Assembly (NCBI GenBank): GCA_001179505.1
Contig: CDMY01000603.1
Location: 248,001-312,000, forward strand
Length of the DNA stretch: 64,000 bases
Origin: Vitrella brassicaformis CCMP3155
Taxonomy: Eukaryota > Protista > Chromerida
Direction: 5' to 3'
Shown here piece after piece: positions 48,053 to 60,382 of the stretch. Below the pieces are notes generated by a model. That model was not told the DNA's origin and made no database searches. It saw only the letters and a list, made by a program, of their open reading frames with translations. Position 1 is the stretch's first letter. Each line of letters starts with the position of its first letter. The translations under genes were made by a program, and so were the position numbers.

Positions 48053-51000
48053 TCACGGTGCCAACACTACCACCCTCTCAGACCCATCCCTCCCTTCCAT
48101 CGGTATACATATCATAATTATCCGGTGTGTATATTTGTCTACATCCCGTTCTGCCCGTCCGCCCCATGCCCCTCCTCCGCTTCTGCCCCCTGCACATACG
48201 CAAAGGCAGCAAACAAAATACGATGGTGTGCACAGGCGACCGTCTGCCTGCACCACACACTGACCTCTGCGTCGGTGGTGTGCGTCCGGATCCCGTCGGC
48301 CTCCCCTGCTGCAGGGGGCGATGCATGCGCGTGTGTCGGCTGCTCTGCCCCGATGCGGTGGATGGGAGGATGGCCGACGTACTGGCTGAGCAGCCCTCGA
48401 CTCAGCACTCCCCGCATCAACTGCAGGGAGGGAGCAAAGAAGCGGAGACACTTGCGTGCTACCTACCGGGAGTGGAGTGTGTGTACGCTGGTTGGTTACC
48501 AGGGGGCTGTTTCGCGCAACAGCCGCAGTATTGTATGTGTGTGATGGCTGCAGCAGGCCGGTGCTGGCGGACGGTGTGGGTCCACGCGGCAACGGCGGAG
48601 GGTAGCAGCTCTTGTGTTGCTGCTGCTGCTGCTGGTGGGGCTGCTGGTGGGGCTGCTGCTGCTGCTGTTGGTATTGGTATTGGTTCTCGGCCCCGCTGCC
48701 ATCCCCACCGTGCCCCAGTGGCACTGGCAGGGTGTCAATGGGCGACTGTGCGAGAGATGTCACGGGTGAGACCACCGTCCCACCCTCCTGGCTGGCCTTG
48801 CGGATCCGAATCGACTCGAGACGCTGGAAATATGCCGCCTCCTGCACATCCATCGGGAGAGACACACACAGAGAGAAAGGGTGTGGTGTGTGGGGAGGGG
48901 AGGACGGGTGGGATGGGATGGGTGTGTGGGAATGGGAAGGGGCGGCACCTCACCTGTCGGGTGAGGTCATCTAGTTCCTCAAGGGTGAGGTTCTCCAACT
49001 CCTCAATGGGCACCTGGTGGACAGCACAGCACATACATAGGATTGAAATGAATGCATCAGTCAGTCAGTCAGTCAGTCAGTCAACACACAAATCGTAAGT
49101 ATGTCTGTGTTTGTGTGTATGTCGGCGCTCTCTCTGTCTTGTTTTGTCTTCTTGCCTTTTCCCCCGTCGGTGTCTGCCTGCCGAGACCAGACATAGAGCG
49201 GACACGCCCCACGCCCACCACACCATCTGCACACAAGCAGATACATACGCAGCCAGGCACACCCACACCGGCACATGTGCATCAGTCAGTAGGCACGTGT
49301 CGTATGCACCACTTCATGTCCGTGTCGTACCGTCCTTCCGTGCAGGAGCGGGAGCAGCCTTGAGCGAGCGGTTGCGGGCGCGGCCGGTCGGGAGACCCTC
49401 TGGGTCAAAGCGACAGCCGCATGATCATGAACACACGTATGTATTCTGTGTCTCGTCACATGCCACTGACCAGGCCGTTTGGGTGGCGGACCCCTGCTGC
49501 TGCTGGCGATCGAGCCCCCCTCGCCGCAACGGGAAGACGTCGTCGACATCTGACCTCAACAGAACACGCCATGCACCACACATGGCCACACATCCCATCA
49601 CACATGCACATCACACCCATTCCCCCCTCCAGACGAGACGCCCACCCACCCCACCCGTGTGAGGGATCGTGCGCTCTGGACGCTCTGCAGCTCCTGCTCG
49701 GTCTCACGCTGGTGCGCCTGCGAATTCTGCAACCATGCACGCACGGCAAACAAGAAGGGCAAAAAAGGTACGACAACGACTCATGGTCGGTCAATATTGG
49801 ACATACCCATGCCACACCCCCCACACCCACCGACCTGTAGCCTTTCGATCCAGAGCAGCTCCTCCGCCTCGGCGTTGCGAATGACCTGAGATAAACCGCT
49901 GCACACACAAGTGGAGCATTTCAGGAGGGCATGGTCGCAGAGGGAGTACTTTTGGCTCTCTCCCTTGCTCTTTTACATCATTTCGTCGTGCAGCTGGTGG
50001 CACTTGGTCGTGTTCTCGAGGCGCTTCTCGGTGTCACGCACCTCCTGATATACACACAACACAGGCAGGACAAGACAACACAAGGCAGGCGGCGTTCCTC
50101 CCGTTTTTGTTTCCCAATTTGTGTGTGTGTGTGTGTGTGTACCTTACCCTTTTCTGGCTGTTCTCCAGGCGTTTGGCCTCGTGCTGGCACTTGATGGTGT
50201 AGATACCTGCGGCACACAGACAGAACACAATACGCACACATGGAATGTGCGGTGCGCACGAGGCATTCGTCCATCCATCCGTCCATCCGTCCGTCCACGA
50301 GTCCACGAGTGCTTACGGTTAGCGTTGAGCATCTGCTGGTACTTCTTGACCTCGTCCATCTGGCTCGCCAAACGCTGCGCGGAACAAGAAACCCATGAAC
50401 CATATATACACACACCACAGATTGCATGAGTTCGTCCCTCCCTCCTTTGTGATAGTGCGTGCCTTAGTTTCCTCCCGCAGCCGCGTCCCGTGCTCGATAC
50501 GATCCATCATAGCAGCGTGCCTTTTCTCCTGCACGCACAAGTAAATCGACGGGAAATCATGTGTGCCAAGGCGGCCCTTGATCCCTCTCGTCTGTGTATG
50601 TGTGTGTGTGTGTGTGTGTGCAGTTGGCTCGCTCACATATATGCGGGCGTGCAGCTGCTGTCGGTCCATCAGCGCCTTCTGCCGACGACGCGCCTCGTTC
50701 TCGGCCTTCTCATCCAAACGCTGACACATGCATGGCACACACACGATGGATGGAAGACCACCACACGCACGCACACACTCCCACACAGACATACATAGAT
50801 GCATGGATTTTGGTGCGATGGATGGAGTGGCGTGCATACGATACGCACCATCTGGTGCTCCTGGATCTTGGTGTCTCTGACGCTGGCGGTCTCCGTGAAC
50901 GAACCCACCCGCTTGGTGTTCTCATTAGCCTTACGATTGGCCTTCTCGTCAGCAGCCTGATCGCACACACACAAAATTCCACAACGCAACACATGCAGCA

Positions 51001-51417
51001 CAGAATTGGGCATGAGCCGTCAGAAACCGGCATCATGGTTTGCTGATATTTGCTGACCTTGAGCCGGTTGATGCGGTTGACGATGCACTGGAACCTGTCG
51101 GCCATGAGTTTCCTCTGCTTACCCAGCCGGTTCACCTCCAACACGCTACCCTGCCGCCCCGCACCCGCCACGGACGACTCCGCCGTGGCGCCCTCATGCT
51201 CGTATGCACCCTCACCCTCCTCGTAGGCGTATGCATCCACTACACCCTCCTGCTGCTGATGCTGATGCTGATGCATCCCGACCACTCCCTCTCCCTCCCC
51301 AGGCTGCGAATCGAGCATCTGCAGATACCGCTGGTAGTGCTGAGGCGTCATGCGCTGATGGAGGGGCGGCAAGTCGGTGGTGCCCTTGGGCTGCCCAGAA
51401 GGCTCCTCCGCAGACAT
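48053..51417 (-). CDS. Hypothetical coiled-coil protein with a Gln/Pro-rich C-terminal region
   Basis: ATG 51417 (MSAEEPSGQ..) and many short E/K/R/Q-rich exons (RLDEKAENEARRRQK, RLASQMDEVKKYQQ, EELENLTLEELDDLTR). Exact 3' end uncertain. Confidence 0.55.
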
Positions 51418-51512
51418 GGTATGGTGAGATCTGCGGGGAGAAGGCCAGAAAAGGCCGAAAAGCCTTACAAAAAGACCGCCCCCGATCAACACGATTTACA
51501 GGGCGACACGGG

Positions 51513-52398
51513 ATGGTCTTCCTGCTGATTCTGGCGCCTTTTGTGGCCATTGCCGTGGCCAAAGGTGGCCCTCTCTCGGTACGTATACGTATCACTGCCA
51601 AGAACACGTTCTGGCCATTGGCTGCATTGCAGCTTACGACTGCTACAAGGCGGAGGACAAGGGCGTCAGCTACCGCGGCCACCACGACCACACCCTCAGC
51701 GGACGAGCATGCCAAAAGGTGCGCTGCAATGGCATTATAATGCAATGTGTTGATGACGATGATCTATCATGACATTCAGTGGACCGAGGCGGTTCCGCAC
51801 CAGATCCCCGAGCAGATGAGCACCGCATCGGAGTCGGGTGTGGGCAACCATGCTTTCTGCCGCAACCCTGATCCCTCCGCCCACGACAGGCCCTGGTGCC
51901 ATACCGTCGACCCCGACACGCCCACGGAGGACTGCGACGTTCCCATCTGCAAAGGTGGCAGGGAGGGAGGGAGACAGATAGTGCAGTACGGTGTTGTTTT
52001 GTTTGGATCGGCCAGACACGTCAGACACGTACAGTGAGGACGCGGAGGGGACCAAGGCGTACATGGGGCACACAGTCGACTGCAACTGCGGATCGGACAA
52101 AACCGGTAGGTACGCCACTGAATGCATTCGTCAGGGGAAAACACGGAGAGGCGCCCTCACTGACATGTCTCCTCCCTCTGTGCTGCGTGCTGTGTGCATG
52201 CTCCAGGTGCTGGCCCGTGGTCAGGCGTCTTGACGCAGATGCGGCGAAAGCGCCATGCCAAAGGCAGCAGAGGGCTCCAGGTAGGTACACATGCACACGC
52301 TCACACCATCACACCATCATGAATTGCGTGCCGTGGAATGCCTTCATGTGTGTTGGCAGGCGGGAGACGGAGGAGACGATTGCGACTGCATAGACTGA
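51513..52398 (+). CDS. Small secreted single-kringle-domain protein
   Basis: Signal peptide MVFLLILAPFVAIAVA. Kringle: CY..KGVSYRG..TLSGRACQKW..H..GNHAFCRNPD..PWCHTVDP..EDCDVPIC. C-terminal DCNC and DCDC motifs, stop 52396-52398. Confidence 0.87.
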
Positions 52399-53011
52399 CT
52401 AGTCAGTCAACGTGGCCAAGCCGGCTGGCAGTCCCTTCCTCCCTCTATCCACCTGTCTAGCTAGCTTAATAGATGGCTCACACTAGGCACTGACTGGCTG
52501 CATGGCTGTCAGCAGAACAGACCAGACCGATGCGCGTGTTGTGTTGAGTGGTGACCTCTGACAATGGATCGATCGCACGTACACGCAGGCAGTAGAAGCG
52601 GTTGACGCAATACGCAAAGAGGAGGTCTTACGTACTTACTTAGCAGAAACAGGCGGACCATCCAGCACCCAGCCACCCAGGCACCCCGAGCCGCCGGCCA
52701 TCTATGCGAGCGAGTGTGTGGAAAAATCGCGCAGCTCAACCAAACCACAGCAGGCAGGCCGCCAGGCACCACACACGGGCACAACACACACACACACACC
52801 CCATCCTTCATCCCTCGTCAGTCAGCCCTTTAGCAAGAAATGAGGGTGTACCCCGCCATGGATGCAGCAAATCAGGAAAACGCATGTGTGCGTCGCTGCA
52901 CACAGACAAACAGCCAGTCTGGACGGGCAGACAGGGACCACACGAAATGCTCGCTCCACACAAGACAAATCAATGTCCACTTTCCATGCCGTCCCACTGT
53001 GTCTGACGGGC

Positions 53012-53105
53012 GCGGTTGCCACCGCCGATTGCCACGTAAGGGTGTCCGCCTGGTGCTCAGACAGACACTCTGGCGTTGGCTGAGGCGGATTGAACCACAC
53101 TCATC
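53012..53105 (+). repeat. Dispersed ~95 bp repeat, copy 1
   Basis: GCGGTTG(C/T)CACCGCCGATTGCCACGT(A/C)AGGGTG(T/C)CCGCCTGGTGCTCAGACAGAC..AACCACACTCATC, also present at 56137-56232. Confidence 0.85.
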
Positions 53106-53188
53106 AATCACACCAATGGGATGGATCGAAACGGCAGCAGCTAGTTATACTCATCTGTGCTATCTATGGTCTGGTATGGCACCTCAGG

Positions 53189-55198
53189 CTATGCCTGTTG
53201 TGAGGTCTTGAGTGCTTCGCGGAGGAGGCCCTCGTTGGCCGACGTGAGCGGCAGCAACGGCAGCCGGATGCCACCTGCATCACATCGATGACCCACACGG
53301 ACGGTCAAACAAACCGTGTGTGTGGTGTAGGTGTGGTGTGCCTGTCGGCCGACGTCCGTCCGTCCGTCCGCACCTTTGATTTTGCCCATCTCTTTGAGGA
53401 GGAACTTGGAAGGGGTTGGGTTCGGCTCGCAGAACAGAGCCTGCAAGAAATGGAATGCCAGACGTCACGTCACCAGGCTTGGATGGGGTTGGCAGTGCAG
53501 TGCAGTGCTGCCAGTGAGGTGTCAATCAATCTCACCTACCTTGTGCAGCGGTGTCAGGAAGGAATCGAGCCTCTCTGCCTCTGTGAACTGCCCACACACA
53601 CACACACACACACACCAAGCGATGGATCAACACCCGGACGGAGGAATGAAGGTAGCCTGCAGTCGTTCTTGTCATTTTGTGCCTACGTCCTTGGCGAGTC
53701 CGGCCTTGCACATTCGTGAGAAGAGCCCCGGCGCCACGTTGGCCGTCACCGATATCACACCGTCGCCTCCTGTAAGTAAGATAGACACATACACCCCCCA
53801 CCCACAAAAAATGCAGACGTACGTCTGTCTACTCCCTTCCCGTTCTTGCCCTGTCACCCTGTTTGATCGACTCGCAGGCCAGCCCGTCCTCACCACTGCA
53901 TTCATCCCATCCACATACACGTACACACACATACACATACAGACACATGCGTGTGTGCTTCCAGGCGGGGCGGGGCGGCTCACCTGTAGACGACGAAGTC
54001 GGGCCCGCATCTCTTGCGTATGTCGGCGAACCTCTCGATCTTCCCCGCCGCCTCCTTGGTCGCAATGATCGACCCCACCTTGGACAACCTGACGTGACCA
54101 ACACACACGCAACTTAATTTGTGTCCATATGGCGTGTATGTTTGTTGTGGGTGTGGTTGTGGTCGTGTGTTGGTTGTGATGTGGCCCACTGACTGACTGA
54201 CCTCTCGACAGTTTCAGGCAGCATGTCGCACCCCGTCCTCCCCGGGACGTTGTAGAGGATGATGGGCAGCTGGGGGACGGCCTTGGCCACAGTCGTGTAG
54301 TGCTGATAGAGGCCCTCCTGCGACACACAGACAGACAGACAGACAGACCCCCGAGCATGTGATGACGTCATGGGGAGTGCGTGTGCAGCTATATGATCTA
54401 TCAGCGCATCAATCAATCAGCGTACAGTCAGTACCTGTGTTGGCTTGTTGTAGTATGGGGTCACTATGAGGGCTGCATCCGCACCAAGCTGATTGATGCA
54501 CGCACACACGCATGCCATGCCATGCCATGCTATGCCATGTCCGTCTTTGCCAGCCAGTCCGTGTGTGTGTCTGCCCTGGCCTGTTTCTGTGACCCACCCC
54601 ACCTCTAGAGCCCTCTTGGTCTTGGCAACCGTGGCGGCAGTCGAATTGGTGCCCGTCCCTGAAGCACACAACAAACAAACACCCCACCGGTGGGTGAACC
54701 ATATCAGTCAATCAATCGGTGAGTCTGCTCTGCCTGTGTGTGGCTGGTCGTGTCTGTCGTGGTGAGCTGGTCCGACCTGCTATGACGGGTACCCTGCCCT
54801 TGGCGTGTGTGATGCAGGTGCCGACCACCCCCTCCCACTCGGCCCCATCCAATGTGGGCGACTCCCCTGTCGTACCAACCTGCACACATCGATACCGGCA
54901 GATGACAGAGAGTGCCATTCGTACCTACCGCCACGATGCCGTTGGTGCCCTCAGCGATGTGCCAATCAACCAGGCCCTTCAGGGCCTGACGAAAGAGAAA
55001 TCAAAGAGCAACAAACACAGCAGGTCCGATCCGCCTTCCTTTGGCATCCAACCAACATGTGTGTGTGGCGTACAGTGGCATACAGAGTGAGTGCGTCTGT
55101 CTGTACCTCACCTCGTAGTCGACGGCTCCCTCTTCTGTCATGGGCGTCACCACCGCCACAATGGACCCCTTCAGCTTACTCATATCGAACCCACCCAT
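53189..55198 (-). CDS. dapA: 4-hydroxy-tetrahydrodipicolinate synthase (DHDPS), multi-exon
   Basis: [70 protein letters not shown] (Schiff-base Lys), [28 protein letters not shown]. Confidence 0.96.
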
Positions 55199-55344
55199 AC
55201 TGGCTGGAATCTGTCCAACCAACGTCCAAATGCCGTCACACACACAAGGGGCTTCGCTGAAACAGTCAACTTCAAAAATATTGGCCTTCGGGCTAAGCTC
55301 GCAGATGTGGTGCGAGCCGGAGGAAGGATCTGCATTCTGAAGTG

Positions 55345-55894
55345 ATGGAGGCGTCAATCGGGTCCTTCTTCAGCAACAAGGCCATCATCGTGGTCGGTGC
55401 GAGCGCTTCCAGGGAGAAATTCGGCAACAAGGTAAGATTCCGCCCACAGCCTCGCCAGCGCATAGCATATCAACACATGCACCGTGTGTGTTCTCCTCTC
55501 TGTGCAGGTGCTGCGCGCCCTCAAGTCGACCTTCGTTGACGGGGCTCCCCATAATGCCGCCTACAAGGACCGCTCCATCAGACTTCTCGCAGTGAACCCC
55601 AAAGAGACCGTCATAGAGGCCATCACGACGCTGCCCACGGTGAAGGAGGCCGTCCAGGTGTTGCAGACCGAGGGCATTGCAGCCGACTCGACTGGCCTGT
55701 CCATCATCACGCCGCCCGCGGCGACATCGGGTGTGATTGGTGATGGTTTGTCGCTGGGGGTGCGGCAGTTCTGGTGCCAGCCTGGGGCTGAGAGCGCCGA
55801 GGCTAAGGAGAGGGTGGAGGGTGCTGCGGGGGCCACGTTGATTGCTGGCGGGCCATGTGTGTTGGTGGAGCTGGGTTTCCATGACGACGAGTGA
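55345..55894 (+). CDS. CoA-binding domain protein (YccU/CoA_binding_2-like), one intron
   Basis: IIVVGASASREKFGNK|VLRAL, AVNPKE, IITPP, FWCQPGAES, GGPCVLVEL. Confidence 0.85.
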
Positions 55895-56136
55895 CTGACT
55901 GTGTGGGTGTGGTGTGCAAGTGAGTAGTTTGTGTGTGTTCAATGTGAAGCGCTTGGTATTCATGACTTATGGTGTATGGTGGTGATTCTTCTTCTGTTAA
56001 GACCATTAGCTGTCGTGCATTCACATGTTTGTATGGTACATGATGTCGCCCACTCACTCGCGCACACGTGTCCATCCATCCATCTGTCGTCTTCCTCCCA
56101 TCCCAACTCTGCCCTTCTGCTTCGTGAATTGATGTG

Positions 56137-56232
56137 CGCGGTTGTCACCGCCGATTGCCACGTCAGGGTGCCCGCCTGGTGCTCAGACAGACGCTCCTGA
56201 AGTGGCAGTGAACCATGGCAACCACACTCATC
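56137..56232 (+). repeat. Dispersed ~95 bp repeat, copy 2
   Basis: Direct match to 53012-53105; only three substitutions in the first ~55 bp. Confidence 0.85.
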
Positions 56233-56575
56233 TAGCACGAAACAAATGAGCACGTTCTCTCAGCACAAAGGTTTACTCATACGCACACACACGCAGGTCG
56301 TCAAAAGCTGTTGGTCAAAACAGCAAAAAATGGCAGTAGGTTGGCGGCAGCCAGGGAGGGAGGGTGGATGGGCACATGAGGGAGAGAGGGAGGGAGGGAG
56401 GGAGGGATGCACAGGTAAGGCACACTCAGCTCAGAAGGTGGTCAGAGAGAAAGAGAGAGAGAGAGAGGCAGAGGCAAGTCAGGAGAACAAGACCAATATG
56501 AACACACAGCAGGCCGGGGGCGATGCATAGACGGGCAGCCATCTGTCCATCCATCCGCCGTCTCTTATCCATCGC

Positions 56576-58350
56576 TCATTTCCTGCCGATTCCTGCGGTG
56601 AGTGAGGGCAGGGCCATGTCAATGTCCATGGTGAAGTCGTAGTCGATGGTAGGCACGATGCTGCTGATGAACTTCAGAAACACAAACAACGCCAAATCGT
56701 GCCTGCAGATGGAAAGGCACACACAACCAGCCACACACACACACACACTCACTCACACAGACGGATGCACCGGGAAGTCGCGCGTGCCGTGACTGACCTT
56801 GGTGCCACGCCCTGCTCCACCCAGCTGTCGACCACCTTCTTCATCACCTGCGCGTGCCTGGTCGATGTCACAGACAGACAGACACAGATGCACTGCAGTG
56901 AGTGTGTCGCTTTGTTATGTTGCGCTGACTGACCTGCACGGGTGGATGGATGCGGTGGGGATGCCTGTGCAGGGGTGTGGGTCGACCGTGACGGTCTTGG
57001 TGGCGTACTGGGTCATCACGTCCTCAAAGATCTGCTCGGGCTTCAGAGGCACACCATTCTGACGCACACACACACACACACGAGAGAGAGAGAGAGAGAG
57101 GTGTTTCCCTACTCCTCTCATGCGGCTGTTTGTTTGGTCTCTGCCCGCACCGCACGCACCTCGTCATAGCCGAACAGCCACAGCCGGGGTGTCTGGTAGT
57201 ATTTGTCATACGTCACCGTCAGATCATACGACCTCGTCCGGACGATGTCTGAACCAAACCAAACCAAAGCAAACCCGCCGAGCAACCCCATCGTCGGCTG
57301 GCGGCCTCTCTCTGTCCCCTCCTTGGCTCTCACCGGCGTCAGGGGCAGCGCAGACGAAGTACTTGCCCTGCCCGTCCATTGCTGCCGGGGCGCTCGATGG
57401 AGCGGCGCTCGCAGGGTCCTCCTGTACACCAAGACAGAGGAACAGGGCGATGAGTGTGCCTGCCTGCCTGCCTGCCTGCCTGCCAGTGCATCACTCCTTT
57501 CCATCGCACCTCTTTGACGAGGTTGTCGACATCCGCAAAGCTATCGAGGTCGGGAATGTCGTCCTGACACGACAGATGGATGGGCACATGAAAGGGTCGG
57601 GAGGGAGGGCGCGTGTGTATGTGCTTTACTTTGTTTTCGTTGATAAAGTTCTCCTGCACCACCAGCCCTGGGCCTGACGCTGACACATCCATCCATCCAT
57701 CCATCCATCCACAGGGCCTCACTCATTTCTGCCTATCCGCCCATCCATCCACAGCGACGTACCCTTGTCCTTGTCCGCATCCTTAGCGTTGTCTTCGAGG
57801 GTCAGGTCCTTAATCTCGGGCACATCCTCCCCCACATCTCCACCCTTCTCGCCCGGCAGAAACCAATCCCTGTCGTGACCCTCCTGACCGACACACACAC
57901 ACAGCCCAATGCACGCATGGCATGCCGGTCTGTCTGTCTGCCTGCCTGCCTGTCTGTCTGCGCTGTTGCCTTCCACTCCACTGACCCCTTGTGTGAGGGT
58001 GGTGTCGAGGTCTTTGACCCTCGCCTTGCAGGGCACGTTCCGCGTGACCAGGTACTGCTTATTCGGCGGCAGCCACTTGACCTCTCGCTTCGCATCTGCG
58101 GGCTCCCTGCACACACAATCGACAATCATCCAAGAGAGAGGACCATACCATCTGCCATGCGAATCGAATGCTGCCCATGCCATGCGCACCACGTCCATGT
58201 GGGGAACTTGAACACGAGCTGGTCCCCCGCCTCAACGAACTCCTGCGGCGTCAGTATGCCCTTCTCGCGGAACTGGGTCTTGGTGGGCACTGGGGTGAAG
58301 GACGACACCACTGACCGATACAGATCGGCTATCTGATGAGCACTCTGCAT
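56576..58350 (-). CDS. ATG3: Autophagy E2-like conjugating enzyme ATG3, multi-exon
   Basis: [70 protein letters not shown], catalytic [29 protein letters not shown]. Confidence 0.97.
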
Positions 58351-58704
58351 CCCGGGTCAGACAGACACTAAACAGCGGCAGAGCACCAGCAGCAGCCGGG
58401 ATGAGGGAACACCGATGTGCAGCCAACAGAGAGCGGCGCAATGCACGAGATCTCGGCCTGCAGGAGGCAAAGCGGCAGAACGCCTTTTCCTGCGAATGCG
58501 AGCTTCGCAAAAATCTGCGCGCTTAGCTTCCTGGATCCGTGACTGCACTTCTCTAATCCCATCCTCCTACTGCTCTGGCCCCTGACACTTCTCGCGACTC
58601 CCCTTACGTCAAACCACTGACGCCGGCTGACCGGTGGCATCGTCACACCAGGCCATTGAGGGGCACTCGCTGACGCCATCTAGCCATCGCAGCCGTGTGA
58701 CAGA

Positions 58705-60382
58705 ATGCGCTTTTACTTCCTCCGACACGGCCAGTCCAAGGTACGCAGACAAGCAAGGCAATGGGAGCACAGGTGGGACGGCAGGGAACCTTTCTGGGTC
58801 GTGTGTGTCCATGTGTGCAGAACAACGCGTCGTACCTGGACGACAGCAAGATCTTCAAGGGCCGAGTGCCTGATCCCTCCATGACCGACCTCGGCTGGGA
58901 GCAAGTTCGGGTCGCCGGCAAGTACCTCAGGCGGCACAACGAGTCCGGCAAGACCAGGGCGGAGGACAGAATCGTCAAGGTCTTCGTCTCACCTATGGTA
59001 TGTCAAGCACAGCGAGACGCGCGTGTCGCTGGATGCATCTGTCTGTCTGTTCGTCTGTCTGTCTGTCTGTGTGTGTGGTGTCTTGTCTTGCGTGGTGATA
59101 TATCAGACCCGTGCACTGCAGACGGCCCAGGTGTTGCATGAGGAGCTGGGCGTGCCGGTTGAGTGTGTGGCCAACCTCCACGAGCAGGGCGGCCTCTTCC
59201 TCGGAGAACGGAACCAGGTGTGTTGTGTGTCGGCGATGCGATAGGATCCATTCCTGCTTCCGTCATCACTTATCCATTCCATCATGTGTCTGTCATGTGT
59301 ATGTGGGTGGACTTACCTGTCTGTCTGTCAGGTTGCCGATTTTCTGTCTCCCCCCGACGGCAAGAGCGACAAGCCCTCGCCGGCCGACGCCTCCGCCCCC
59401 ATAGTGCGAGGCGCCACCCGCAGCCAGCTGCAGAGGACATTCCCATTCGCAACCTTCCCTGCTGAGATCACAGAACAAGGGTAACTAACTGCAATATATG
59501 TGCACGTCCAAGGCGCCGACCACTGTCTGTCACCATGTGGGGGTGTGTTTACATGCAGTTGGTGGCGTGGAGGGTTTGAGACGTTCAACCAGGCTGTGAT
59601 GCGCGCGAGGCTCGTCGCACGGTGCGTGGCTGTGGGCGACAGGAGGGATGCCGGAACAATTGCGGAATGAACATACATCTGTGTGTGTTTGTGTTGGTGT
59701 GTGTATGTTCAGGTGGATGTGGTCACTGGTTGAGTCCAACGAAACGGGGGCATGCGTCTTCGTGACGCACGGCATCTTCCAAGACCTGCTCGGTGACTGA
59801 CACACCATACATACCAGCCAGCCACACACCACACCCATGCATGAGTTGACCGTCTCTCCGTTGTCTCTCCTTCCCTCCCTTCCTCCCTCAGTGAAGCTTC
59901 TGCTCGGTCTGTCCCTCTCCCCCCCGTCGAGCACCCACCTCAACGGCAGCCTCCCGCCCCCATTCCCCTCCTCATGCCTCCCGCAGCCCTTCCCAGAGTC
60001 AGGCGACCCACGCGCCTCGCATCTACTCTGCTCAAACGTCGGCCTCTCACTCCTCGACCTCAAGGTCATCCCCCGCCCATCCACCGACGACGACGGATTC
60101 GCCGTGGCGAGCATGCCGTCGTCGCTGCCCCGGTGCGACTCGATGGCGATCAGTGAGGGCAAGGAGTCGACCAGCAGCAGCAGCCACACGAGCGAGAGGG
60201 AGGCGTGCGCGAGCCCCATAACGGAGAGCGGGGAGGGGGAGGGCGGCGGGATGTCGCCGGTGCTGGTCAAGCAGCAGGAGATGATCCGTGCGGTGGGGGT
60301 GCTGCTGTGGAACTCTACTGAGTACCTGCCTCCCGAACTCAAGACGGGCCACTGCCTCGAGCCCTTTCGCATCAAAGTCTGA
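58705..60382 (+). CDS. Histidine phosphatase (phosphoglycerate-mutase-like, branch 1), multi-exon
   Basis: MRFYFLRHGQS, DPSMTDLGWEQ, VFVSPM|TRALQTA, LHEQGG, GGFET, VFVTHG, CSNVGLSLL, LWNSTEYL. Confidence 0.88.
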
